DNA of 63,968 nt, counting the filler, from Choristocarpus tenellus KU-1152 (taxonomy: Eukaryota; Protista; Phaeophyceae), in the NCBI GenBank assembly GCA_964200185.2. It is 7 parts of 7 records of this genome, joined end to end, with 100 filler letters (N's around TTAATTAATTAA, not from the genome) between each part and the next. Parts side by side here need not be neighbours in the genome. Positions count along the whole stretch, not along the records: positions 1 to 20,979 come from CAXNAD020000366.1; 6 more parts are not named here. The stretch is one strand, 5' to 3'. Position numbers and translations under genes: made by a program. The notes under the pieces are model-generated. The model ran no database searches. It saw nothing but the letters and a program-made list of their open reading frames with translations, and was not told where the DNA came from. Every line of letters begins with the position of its first letter. Position 1 is the stretch's first letter. This document shows positions 1 through 12,441 of this stretch, one piece after another.

Positions 1-41
1 CCGTGGTGTAGACCCCCCACCCCCAGCAGATACTTTGGGTC
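1..41. mobile_element. terminal fragment of MITE subfamily C
   Basis: tggtgtagacccccc...cagatactttgggtc continues the sequence cut at 58920 and supplies the matching TIR. Confidence 0.55.
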
Positions 42-530
42 TGAGCTCTGAATGGTGGGAGACCATTGACCACCTCACCATACCTCTACAGTTTCTCGTC
101 ATTAGTAGTATGACAAACATTCACCTAAAAGAGCAACCCTGCCTCAACTATACCTATACCTGTACCTTCAAGACAGCATAGTATGTATACAACTCCGAGT
201 TTTTGCTAGAAGATCCTGCCAAAGATCAACGCAAGATCAGGAAATTGGCAGGGGTGTGAAAAAGGCACTGTTCAGAAGAGCAATATCATGATAGAATTCA
301 CCAGTTGCTGTAAAATAAGCATTGGATCATAAGCAATGCAAGCTTTGCTGTTGTATTTGCTCTATTCTCGTGCCTGTTGCTTCTTTCTTCCACATCACAA
401 CGTCTGTGAAATGAGATTGAGCATATCACAATAAGAGTACATATTACTGACAATGGTTTAAACTGAGGTCATTTTGTCCAACCAACAGGAGTCAAGATTA
501 AACACAAATACGTTGCTGCTTTAAGGATGA

Positions 531-553
531 CCCTAACCCTAACCCTAACCCTA
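531..553 (+). repeat. interstitial (CCCTAA)n
   Basis: ccctaaccctaaccctaacccta, ~80 bp upstream of the acceptor at 636. Confidence 0.9.
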
Positions 554-636
554 GTCAAGCAATGAAACAGTGCGAATATGGATGATTCGTTAACCTCCTC
601 TACTCTTCTGCCAAACAATTTCCCCCCTCAACCAAG

Positions 637-3480
637 GGCCTCATAAAAGAGATTTACAAACGGGATGATCGAATCAAGGAACTCGAGAGGACAAGATCAC
701 AACCGTTACAGGCGGGGCACTCAACAGGAGAGGAATGGACCACCAATACACCCATTCACACAGCATTTTCTCCTGAGGCGGGAATGTTGGATGTGGTGGG
801 ACGAGATAGGGAAGAGATGAGCATTGAGAACATGATCACAGGTAGGGCCCTTTCAAGACAGGCACTGTCAACATCAAGTACGGTGGGGTCATGGCATGAT
901 GAGATGCAGAAGGAAGGGCAGGAGAGACTCCTTGTTGAAAGCAGTCAACACATAAAAATAGTTGAGGACTCAAAAGGCAAAAAAGGTATGTTAGGGGGAG
1001 AGAACCGTAGTAGTAGAGTGAGTTGTAAGAGTGCTCCTCTTCGGTTGGAAAACTGTGGTGAGAACACATCACAACGGGGACTGCCTTGCAGCACTTTTGT
1101 CCCAGCAGGCGGAGCAGATAAGTTGCCAGGTGAAGGGACAGAGGCACCAGCAGGGTCAGAAGAGAAGGAAGAGGCAGAGGGAAAGTCAGGAGGGTTGATG
1201 GTGAGGTCAGCAATAAGTGGGGGGACCTCAAAATCTGATTTGATTGTCATCCTGAGCTGCAAAGAAGCAGGTGATGAGGGGGTCGCATCTGCTCCAGTAG
1301 AAGAGAAAGAAGATAGAGAGGACACAAGCCCACCAGCGAGGGCTAAGATATCGAGCCAATTTACTGTTAGTGACTCTACACCAGTGGCTAAGCAATGCGG
1401 GGAAGACTTCAACAGTGGGACGGAGAATGGAGATAGTAGAGCTTTGAATAGGAACACAAATGAGGATCATACCTTGCTGCCAGTAACTTCGTCTACTGAT
1501 GACAATAGTGCTGCAATAAGGACTCAATCACAGAACCTAGCTACATCCAGAGGTGTACCCCCTGCAGACTTGTTCGTTGTTGGGTTTGAGAGTGACAAGA
1601 GCGCAACAGACTCCTCCCTCACAGCAGATTCAGTACTAACGATAGAGGAGCACAGGGGTCGATCCCTAGAGAAGAGGTCAAAACGTCAAACGCGTCCTTT
1701 GCCTCTTGGCAGTATATTACACCTAAAGGATGATACGGAGAAGGAGGGTCATGGGCCAACATTAGATGCACCGACGGTTGTCCAGGATAGCACCTTGGTG
1801 CATGGTTACCCCACGGTGAACTGCATAGGGCAGTGGGAAGAATCTCAGGGGCAGGAGCTATTGCTGCAACCCTCTAGCAATGCAGGAATCCATCAAGATG
1901 AAAAGAGCAAGTTCTTAGCTCGCCTTATATCTGGGATTCATGTGGTGAAGCACGGTCGACATGGGAAGCCCAAGGACAAGCTCTTGAGAGTTACTCCAGA
2001 TTTAACTGAATTGTTCTACACTGACATGAGGAGGCAAGAAGAATACAGACTACAGAAATATAGTAGAGCTTGTTTCCGCCCTCTGCCCCCCCCCTCCACT
2101 AGTAAGTTGCGTTGTTGTTAGCTAGTTTTGCATTGATTCGGAGCATAAGAAGTATTACTCCATACATAACTCAGCAGTATTGAGGGCCTGCAGAAGTTTT
2201 ACAGAAGTCAGCAAGGATTCAGAGACAGAATAAGGTATAAGCACTAAGCAGTTTTCCGCATGGCACTGTTACTAGTATATTCATATTGTATTGGGGTCCA
2301 TTTCAGTTTTGCACAACCTCTCGAACACTTCTAGTGAGTTATTTTTGTACAATATGTCTGTGCAGAAGGCGTATGTTTATCTTACCTCACATTTCTAACT
2401 CACAATTAGAAAGAGGTAGTGAAAGTGATCAAAATGAATACTCCTAGTTGTTTCTTTGTATGCAAATCTCTCGTCAATTTTCTCAGAGCTCTAACAATCG
2501 TTTCTAGTCGTTTTTTTCTGTAAAACAAAGCAATTTCACGAAGAAACTTGTAGGTTCTGTAGCACAAATTGGATTTTGCTACTACCCAGCAGAATCCCTT
2601 GCCTCGTTACATCGACCTGCTATTTCGAGCGGGAATCTTCCCCAACTCTCCCGATAGCTCTCCAATTCCTTTCTCAACCAACACCGTAAGATGAGTCAAA
2701 GTATCTTAGAGGGTAGAACCACGTCCATTTGGGGGCCAAAGTCCAATGTTGTGATATTGATGTAATTTTGGCTACGTATTTGTTAGGAAGTGTCAGTATC
2801 CTTGTTGCAGACACACCTTTTCAAAATATTTTGGAGTAGGAAAATGTCATAAAAAAACCTGTGGGAAGACAAGCTCCAAACAGACAAACAGGGAAAAACT
2901 CGTACCCTCTAAGATATTTTGACTCTGATGTTCTCTCCCCCTCTCCTGCGACCTGACTACCAATGCATTTCTTACCATCTCCAGAGCGGGAAACAACAAG
3001 ACCGGGTCTCACATGAGCGTTTTGGGATTGTCTGCTGTGAAGGGCAAGGCTAACACTGACCTCCAGCGAAGTCTAACTGCAAACCCAAGGAACTGCTTTG
3101 CCCTAATCTCCATGGGTGCACACAACATCAACTGCAATGGGAGCAGCAACAGCAGTGATTGGGACAGTGAGTTAGGAGGTGTTGGTGGTTTAGTAGGTAG
3201 AATGGGTAGCAAGCTGAATCGCACAGCACCAATTCTGTCTTCTCCTCTCATGTCTCCCAGAAAATCCTCCGCCTCTGGTGATACTGGTGCTGATGCACCT
3301 GCCTCTCGATTCAGCTCCTCTGATGTTCTTGGGAGGAGACTCTTTCAGGGTCGGGGCAGCCTGGGACTCGAGGTAGCTACAGAGTCCGAGCGAGATTGGT
3401 TGGTTAAAGAACTAGGCAGTCTCTTCTCCAGCATACTTTCCAACAGCGAAACTGGCAGGGGTGGGGAGGTAGGGCTATAG
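637..3480 (+). CDS. 3' part of a multi-exon gene: coiled coil, long disordered region and C-terminal split PH-like domain
   Basis: Exon 637-2033 follows acceptor ccaag and is in frame with ORF 784 (GLIKEIYKRDDRIKELE...). Terminal exon 2985-3480 is joined in phase 2. The motifs LISGIHVVKHGRHGKPK..LFY, NCFALIS and SLGLEVATESERDWLVKEL resemble PLC/Mcp5-type PH domains. 5' exons unresolved. Confidence 0.7.
2693..2925. mobile_element. MITE subfamily A (Sola2-like non-autonomous DNA transposon), intronic
   Basis: TIRs GAGTCAAAGTATCTTAGAGGGTA ... TACCCTCTAAGATATTTTGACTC; flanks agat/tgat. Confidence 0.85.
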
Positions 3481-3971
3481 AGAGACAGACCATTGGTCTC
3501 CATTTGCTCATGGCAAAAGTGGTATGCCTCTACAGGGAGAATAATAACTAGAAATATACTTGGAGTAATTGTACGTACTGCAGAGTATCAGGGTCTTCAG
3601 TGCAGTAATAGTATTTTGTGCTGAACTCCAGCTCATATGAAAATGCAAATAGCGTAGCAGAATCTAACCTCTAAGTACAACATAGAGAATTGCATAGTGT
3701 TGGTCAAAGCATTAGACGGGTAGTACGCTTTGAATTGTTGTGAAACAGCAGAGATGGGTGGGCTTTTGGTAGTGCAATGGCGGTTGTTTGTTGTTCATGT
3801 TTGTCCACCAAGGCATAAATAAGAGCACAGTACAGGTCGATGGTTGCTTGGAGGTCTATCTAAATGGCAAGTTTTGATGCCACTAACTAAGAAGAGACAG
3901 TAGATTCTTGTGACAGGGCAAAAGAATAGGACATGAAAGAAACATTACCTAAGAATAGGACTGACTTTCTT

Positions 3972-4226
3972 GAGTGAAAGTATCTTAGAGGGTACGAGTT
4001 TTGGCCTTTTTGTCCATTTGGGGCTTGGCTTCCCACGTTTTTTTATGACATTTTCCTACTCCAAAATGTTTAGGAGTAGGTAAAATATATACACTATGAA
4101 AGGTGAGTCCGAAACATAGATATTGATACTTCCTAACAAACATTATAGTCAAAATTACATCAAACTAGCAACATTGGATTTTGACCCCAAATGGACGCAG
4201 CTCTACCCTCTAAGATACTTTGACTC
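3972..4226. mobile_element. MITE subfamily A, reverse orientation, perfect 4-bp TSD
   Basis: GAGTGAAAGTATCTTAGAGGGTA ... TACCCTCTAAGATACTTTGACTC; flanked by tctt/tctt. Confidence 0.9.
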
Positions 4227-4798
4227 TCTTCATCTTTCTTATTTTCTACATTACAGTGCTGGTCTTGGCTACGTTTGACGTAAGCATTTAAGAAGCATGT
4301 AGTATTACAGGCATGACAAACGTAGCAAATTATTGTAGGCAGCTTGCCTATGAAAAACCCTCCAAGTTGTAGATACCTTGAATCTTTTCATCAATATTGA
4401 CAATTATGTCCAATTGGTGGGCCAAACCCATTAGCATTTCACATCGACCACTGCTCTATGTAGCCCAGCATCTATGCTATAATACAGTAGTATACTATAA
4501 AAATAGGAAGATGGAAATGGGTATGTTCTCTGCACAAGTTTACACAAATAGCCTCTTTCCCACATCCCATCAAAACAGGAGGGACTCTCGTTCTTGCCTG
4601 CAAACTACAACCACAAAATTCACTCAGCCCTGCAGGTGTTTTGACTATCCTTTCTTCCTAACTGTAGCATCTATGATATGGCTAATTTCGACATAACCAT
4701 TGCTGTGTCTAATATATGTCTCTCTAGATTCCGCCTTTTGAGCAAGGTATCTCTCTTCATTCACTCACTCCAGGCTCCCTCCAGGACATAAAAGGTTC

Positions 4799-7700
4799 TT
4801 ACGCATCCGCCAACTTGAGTGTTCGTACCACGCCTGAAACGATCCCCAACATGAGAGGTTGCTGCCCTTTTTTCAGATCGCCGATTGATGCTGAGCTCAG
4901 CCCTTGCACCCAAGCTCCCTTCCTTGTGTGCTCTATGAAGCTCCTCCCTTCTTCTCTTCCCATTGATTTGCCAGCGCTGTGCTCATCAGGTCCATGAAGA
5001 AAATCACATTTCAGAGTAACGTTGACTTGCTGAAGTAATGACTCTGTCTCCTTTCCGTTGCTGTTGTTCTTTTTAGTGGAAACGCTGCAGTGCTCGCTGC
5101 TGCCACATGCAGGTGGTTCCCCCCTGATATTACATGTAGTCGCCTGTCCCCAGCAGGGTGGGGAGGTGGGGTCCTTCCAAGGCCCTGGTTTCCGCTCCAC
5201 ATAATACGAACCCTTTTCTTGTTTTGCCCAGTGTTTACGAGGCGAGCAGGGAGTCCCATCAGGGTAGTACGTATGATATAGCGGTGAGTCAGTAAGACCG
5301 GTTGTTCCCATCATTGCATCTTCAATCTCGACCACTGGGGAGGACATTTCTATGGACGAAGTTGTTAGAACCACTGCTGGCACTGCTGCTGCTGCTGCTG
5401 CCGCTGCTGCTGCTGTGGAGGGACTAATTTGGTGAGGTGTGGGTGGGTGTGGGTATGCTGATTCACTTTCCGTACTGCCAACATCTCCCAACAGACTCTT
5501 CATGGGAGAGTGAGTGACAGAAGACGGGCCTATATCTGTCCAATACATCAAAGCACTAGTCGGCTGCTCTCTGCCTATGTTGCGACGATGGCATTTGTCC
5601 TTGACATCACCTTCATATGACTCTCCCTCCCCCCTGGGAAACTTATATCCCCTCTCCTTGCAGCTCTGGTTACAATCCAGGCAATGGATCAAGCTCCCAA
5701 TCTCTGACATATTGTTGTTTCTTTGATGCCCGCCTGCTTTCTGAATTTGTACATCTCCATCCTGCACTTGATTTCCGTCCCATCTCTTCTCCATCCCCTC
5801 ATCTAAGCTACACACCTTGGCCCATCCTTCTCCATTAGTTAATTTACTGTTTTTTCCCTCGTTCCTGCTTGACACATCACCTTGGAGGTTGTTTGGTACA
5901 ACCTGCTGATTGTTTGCCTTTGCTGTCTCTTTCCTGCAACCAGTTTTGTTTCCACACACAACTCCTTCAAGCCTCATTTCCCCACAAACTATTTTCGAAG
6001 ATCTGCCACCACAAGTTGATTTAACACAGGACAAGTTCCCCCCGAGCAGGCTGGCAGGATCAGGGGAACAGCCAAAGGACTCTGTGTCCTCCTCCTCACC
6101 CTCTTCACTATCCTCAATATCCTGGTGGGGATGCTGCTTTGACCAGAGAACCTCTGTCTGCATCGTTGTTGAACTCCCTTGGACTGGAGGTACTTTCCCA
6201 TCCAGGTCAAGAGAACTTGCTATGAGCAATGTGTCCAGACAGGATTCCTTCCCCTCAGCATCCCTGATAATATTCTCCCCACTCCATGGCAATGTTGAAT
6301 GTTGTTGCAGAGGCACCCTATTGCCAGTCGTTTCCCTTGAGCATGGACGAGGTATTGACATAGACACAGATTTTGGGCTTCCATGACAATTGGGGGAGAC
6401 ACTTTGGACTTTCCTTGTCAACCGAGACATGGATGTTGTAGTCGAGTGCAAGATGGGCCCATGGACCACCCTCCTGCCACTTGCACCACGTGCGCCACCT
6501 ATTCCAGGATAATGAGATCGGTATGCTTTAGTAGTAACTGCTGTGTACGCTCCATTTTCGTCATTTCTTGCATCTCGGATGACAGTGTGGCGTCTACGAA
6601 AGGAGGACTGTTGGAGGCCTGCTGCTTCATCTGATGTTGACCCTGTTGTCCTCCTCACTCCCACTGAACTGATGCAAGGAATGGGTACTTTCTTTGAGGA
6701 GATCACCGAAGTGATTGTACTACCTCCCCAGGCTTGTACTCTCCCTCCCCTAACACCATATCCTATGCATACACTACTCCGGAGTTGACTGTGCAAATCT
6801 GGATCTCCCCATTGTGTACTTCTACCCCTCCCAGGAATCCTAGCCTTGGTGGCCACAGCTTCCTTTCTTCCTTGTTGAGCAGGAGACTGCTCAGTGTGAT
6901 CCTCAACTGTGAGCCAGGTCACAGAGGTGTGTGAACACCACGCAACAGAAACTCCAGTCACTGCCACTTTCCCATTTCCCACAACAGATCTCCCCACATG
7001 TTCCATGAGGAGAGGAAGCTCTTGTGGCTGTGGGTAGCAGGCTGGAATCCACGCATTCCCTGCATCCCCAACCCGGTTGGGGTCTTGATCTTCTCTATGT
7101 GATATTCCTCCTGTGCCCCATAACCACAATGTCCCTGAAGAGGAAAGGGCTACTGTGTGCCTGGCCCCGGCAGCCACCTGGATGACCTTCACTCCCCTCA
7201 GAGTATTTATCTCAACCGGCCACCGACGATCCTCAGAGACAGAAAAACGACCACACACCTCTGCAGTTGTATCTGCTGCAGTTGGAGAAAATGAAGTTCG
7301 TGCATTGCCTAGACCTTGACCACCGTACCCTCTGCCATTGCCACCTACAACATCACAGTAATTTCTTGGTGCTCTATTTCCTCCACATCCTTCACCCACC
7401 CCAAGCTGGCCATGTTCTCCACAGCCCCAAGTTACAACCGTGCCTGTGGCGGCCTCAATAGCCACGCTATGCTTTGCCCCACAAGAAACCTGCTGTACTA
7501 GGAGTGGACGCAGATCTGGTGGGGTCACCACCATCTCTGGCCATCGAACTGTACCAGCAATAGTGCCAAGCCCAGTCTGGCCTCGTCCGTTTGCACCCCA
7601 GGAATACCTGTCTTGGGGGGAGACTGTATTGTGAGCAGAATGATGAGTGCAACTATGGAGCAGACAATGACCATGTCATGTCTCTATGACTACTGCAACA

Positions 7701-9675
7701 TATGTCAATGATCTTTTGTGGAGTAGAGAAATACAGCAAAATATGAAATGGACTGCGTGCAAATAACCAACTCACATTTTCCCTGCCTCATCCACGGCCA
7801 AGCTGAACCTATCCCCAGCATGGACCTGCCTCACTGTACCAAAAGGTACCCCGGGTAATTTGACTCGTCTGGGTTGCCACATGCCCACCCAGTCCTCCCC
7901 CCTTGAACCCAAACCAGCCCAATCCTCTTCCCCCTCTCGCACTCCCGTGTCTACTGTCACACCAGCTACCCTGGGTAAATGGTTGTAAACATCCCCTCCA
8001 CCCCAAGAATATGGGTTACCTGCAACTATGACCAGGGTGTGCATACCCCCACATGCCAGATCAGTTGCCCTTGCTGGAAGTAGAACTTCCCTTGGCGTTC
8101 CACAAAATTCTAAACTTGCACACTCACTCTTCTGACTCACTTGATCAATCCTTCTCCAGCCATCTAACCCCACCTTGGTGCCTCCACTCCCTCTCGACAA
8201 GTGACAGAACGTACCAGTGTGACATTGACGTCCGTATAACTCTGCGCCCTTTCTTACCCAGGGTTGTGTTCCAGTTCCCCGAGTTGAGGTTCCTTCAGAG
8301 TTGCTTCTGTGTCCAATTCCAGAAGTTGTATGGATCGAGCTGTTGTTGACCAGATAGCCAAGCTTGGATAAGCAAAAATGGAACAAATATTGTTAGGAAT
8401 TTAGAAATGAAAATGATCCCTGATGGACACACGCTTATATGGAAAAAGAATGGACTGCTGTTTCAAGGCAAGAGAGGGTGATAGGCGTGAAGGTAGGCAG
8501 AGGTTGATAGGCTAAGAATAATGTTATTGGTGCACTGTAACACCTCGAAGTTAGCAGAGCGCCAAGAGGTCGACAACATAAAGTATTCCTGTGCACTGTT
8601 TGTGGAAAGACCCTCGGCCTCTTTGAAAGGGGTCAAAAGCTCGCGACTGGAAGAATTGCAGCAGACGGATGGTGTAGGGGTCTGTGTCCCTTGCAGATGT
8701 GCTATTCTTGAGGGTAGCTGCTGCTATAGAGTCATGAAGAAGTCAAAGATTGTGAAAAGTGAAGCCACTTACACCTCGTTGGCTATCTGAGATACCATCT
8801 AGCCCCCTATAACTCTACCCAGGGTACACACCTGTCCCACTGAGTTGTCCCCAAACGTAAAGACTTTGCCATCTCTTGTGAGCGCTGCAGTATGTTCCCT
8901 TCCAGTGCACAGTTTGTGCACCTCTACTCTAAGATCAGGTATACCAGATACACTGCCAAGTCCGAACTTTGTCAATCCGCCTCGTTGCGAGCGTTGGACG
9001 TAGTCTCGCACCCTTCCTGGTGGCCAGCACTCTTTCGTTGCCTCTCCCCCTTCTCTGTGTCTCCTTCTGCCACAGTAACCCCCCCCCCCCCTGCCCAGTT
9101 CGCCGCGCCCACTCCCAGCTCCAACCGACCATAGCTCCCCCTTGGATGTAAGTGCAATGGTGAAAGTATCTCCGAAAGCTATGAAGGATAAACCAACATC
9201 CGCAGCTTTTCCGCAGCTCTTTCTTGCCAGACTTGCTAACGCTGCACTCCAGCCCAAACCACGATAGGCAATAGAGGATGGGCCTGCTGCTGACAGGTCA
9301 ATAAGGATGGGAACAACTCCTCCAGTCGGAGGGAGGTGCTCGAGGAGTGTAGGCTGAAGGAGTTCCGCGAGAACCGACTGCTCACGATGCGCAGCTGACT
9401 CCAGAGCAAATTTCTCCGCACGCCAGACCCATTCTGCTGCTGCTCTGGTCTGCCGGAAGGTGCAGCGGGCTATCCACCCTCTGATCGCAGCCTGAATCAC
9501 AATCGCAGAGCGGACGGAGGAGCCACCAGGATCATTGCGACCGAGGACGATTATTCGTGGCCCAACTGTAGTCACCCTTGACATACCATGATATTGAGGG
9601 TCAGTTTTTCCTTGTCGTTCCATCTCTAGCCTTTCTGGGTTGAGTGATTCTATATTTGTGTTCGCCACATTGCCA
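4799..9675 (-). CDS. IQ-motif and RCC1-repeat (beta-propeller) protein with long disordered C-terminal tail; 5' end unresolved
   Basis: Exons ~9675-8832, 8362-7776 and 7607-4799 join in phase (FTFGDNSVGQ|LGY; AGKM|YSWGANGRGQTGLG). RCC1 repeats: CTGREHTAAL, ACGGMHTLV, HAGDRFSLA, SCGAKHSVA, AAGARHTVAL, TWGCGEHGQLG. IQ motif: AIVIQAAIRGWIAR. Confidence 0.85.
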
Positions 9676-12360
9676 CTTAGTTACGACGAAGTACAATATA
9701 CAAGAAAGCCTACAACAAAGACAGTTTCACGGTTGTATTTGTTTTGAAAGGACGCGAAACTATCTAAAGTATCGTCTTCTTCCGTACTCTTATGTCCACA
9801 TAGTCATCCAGTAAGGGTACCACCAATATACGTTCTCCATCGATGTATATACATTTTTCTCACCGTAGAGGTCTAAGTATTTGTCATCACCTCAATCTGA
9901 CGGATCAGGGATCTCAGACCTGTGGTCGAAAAGGTAGTCCAAAGAAAGCAATACACGCACTGCTTGAGAAAGGGCAAAAAGCTGTGATTATATGACATGG
10001 GCACTCTTGAGGTTCCACCGTCATAGATTCCTACTACGCTACACCGTAGGCTTCCGCAATGGGAAGCACCTGACTGATCACATCATCATGTCCAACACGG
10101 ATGCCCTTGTGAAGACTGGATGTGTTGTATGGAGACAACTGTTGTGTAGAAGCGAGAAACTCTTGTTCGCAGGATTGGTTGCACGTATGGGGGATTAGAG
10201 ACTTCCGAACATGACGATGCTTGAGCACTTAGAGGGTGGAAACGATGGTCAGGAAGACACTACTGTATGTGTATGAAAAACGATCTTGGTATTAAGTCTG
10301 GGGTGATAACTGAGCTGAGGAGTTGAGGGTCATGACAGTAAATCAACCTGCTAATTGGTGGTATGCTCAACTTATGGTTGATGGGGGCAATAATTCCATG
10401 AATGAGTGGCACCACAGATAGATAGCACTATTATAGATCACATACACCATGCAAAAGCAGCAGGAAAGGCAGCTCAACCAAGCAGCTCAAGATTCAGTCC
10501 CATAGTCCCTCCTGCCTGATGGCTACTACTATCTTATCTCTTCTAAAAAAAATTCTACCTAACGGGATTGCCTGATTGGTTGCATAATCTCGATTCCCTT
10601 TTTTCTCTTCATGGTGCACTATAAACATGCTGAGTCTCTTGTCTTTTCCTTTGGTGCTTTATTCAGTTTTTTCCTTGCCGTGTGTTAGTAGGCAGGCTGA
10701 GACATAGCAGTTGACTCCTCCTTTCTTTCTCCCAGTTCGGGTTCCTTTCCCAGTAAGATGATGGGGATGTTGATATTTCAAGTTAGAAGATGCCATCCCT
10801 CAGGTCTTGAATTTATCTTGTAGAGTGTTTCTTTGTTTTCTTCTCTGCCCTTTCTCCCGTCTCTCTTTTTTCATGTAATATATTTTGTGTTGGACTATGT
10901 CTCCCTCTCTCTGACTTTGGGAACCTCCTCCATATGACGACGGGTCTGGGACCTTTCAGACTGACGTGAAGGATAATAGGTGATCATAAATTGATAATAA
11001 TATCATGAATGGGCCCGAATCCGATCCCTGAAAGTGGATGGTGACGACCTTGTCTAGGTCGTGTGGATTGGACCGCTGTGAGAGGACAGGAACAGGATCA
11101 AGGTGAAGTGGAGAGTGAGATAAGTCGAGATGGAAGGTCAGGGAACAGTGCACGTACCTGCACGAACAAGGTGTGCACAGGCAACCTCCCCCACAAACGA
11201 CACAGGAGACAGATCTGGCTCAAGTCTGACGGTTGAGTTGGAACAGTTGGCAACCAACCAATGAAAGTCACTCATGATGAGCTGAAAGAAGAATCATAAA
11301 AGATATATCAAACACGCCATAGTCACTCAAAACGATGTGAGATAAGAGACAAAGAATTCATGGAGATTTTAAGCAGAACTGAAATCAAGGTTCATGGTGG
11401 TTCTGACAAGAGGTGGGACCAAGAGTCCAAGCCATACAGATTCCGACAAGACCTGGATGAAGAGTCCATCGATGATGATCAGATCAGTGAGTCAAGATGA
11501 GGATTTTTGGTAGGACTCTCAACCAGAGATGTGCCACTCTACGTGTCTGCTGACTGCCTCCTCGGTAGACAGGGGTTTACTAATGTTCTAACATCCTCCG
11601 GCTCGGAAATCGGGAAGACGGTTGATGGAACACCCAATCTGAGATATGCCACTAGAGGTCTCTCAGACTCGATAAACCGAAAGAACCTCATTCAGCGACA
11701 CGTTCAACCTGAGATATGTCACTAGAGTTTTCCCTCACACCTACTCTCCACAATAATACTGACGTGGAAAATGTTTAGAGGGCAAAATTATAAGAATAAT
11801 ATTGCTGATAATACATAATAGTAAGAAAAAAATGTAACTCCAAGAAACAAAAAAGAACAAACAATAACAATACAGTAACAAAAAGAAGAAAAAAGAGAAG
11901 AGACAAAGATCGAGAACATAGGACAAAGAACTCTTACAAATATAGTAACAGTAACGACAGTAAGGATGAAAGAAAATTGAGTGAAAAAAGAAAGAAAAGA
12001 GAAAAAGTTGGGATAGAACACGGAGAAAAAAAACACTGTCAACCAAAAAGTAACAGAAGGGAAAGAGAAGAAAAGAAACAAATAATGGATGAAAGAAATT
12101 TTGATCTCAAAAAGACTCTCGAACGAGAACACAGGATTCGGTGCATTGAAATCTGACACAGCGAAGGAATCTGTGGGGATAAGAACGGATACTCAGATAA
12201 TGAACCTGGTGGAATGTCCACGTCATACACAACCATACAACAGACATTCAGCCTTGCTCCAGAAAATTTTAGGGTCAAGTGATACGCTTGAAGTCTTTAA
12301 CGGTTTTGAATGTACCTTTCATCACGTTTTTTTTCATGAACCAGACAGACTAGGGAGGTG

Positions 12361-12441
12361 CCTAACCCCAACCCCAACCCTAACCCTAACAACAAAAATA
12401 GCCATAACCATAACCATAATAACCATAACCATAACCATAAT
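12361..12441 (+). repeat. (CCCTAA)n grading into (CCATAA)n
   Basis: Directly visible hexamer repeats. Confidence 0.85.

Noticed and set aside
531-553. (CCCTAA)n as a chromosome end
   Set aside because: Only about four units, internal to a contig and apparently within an intron.
11520-11740. CRISPR-like spaced repeats
   Set aside because: Only 2-3 degenerate copies with unequal spacing, eukaryotic context and no cas genes.
11741-12159. Phe-rich hydrophobic ORFs resembling membrane proteins
   Set aside because: Reverse-strand reading of an A-rich low-complexity tract.
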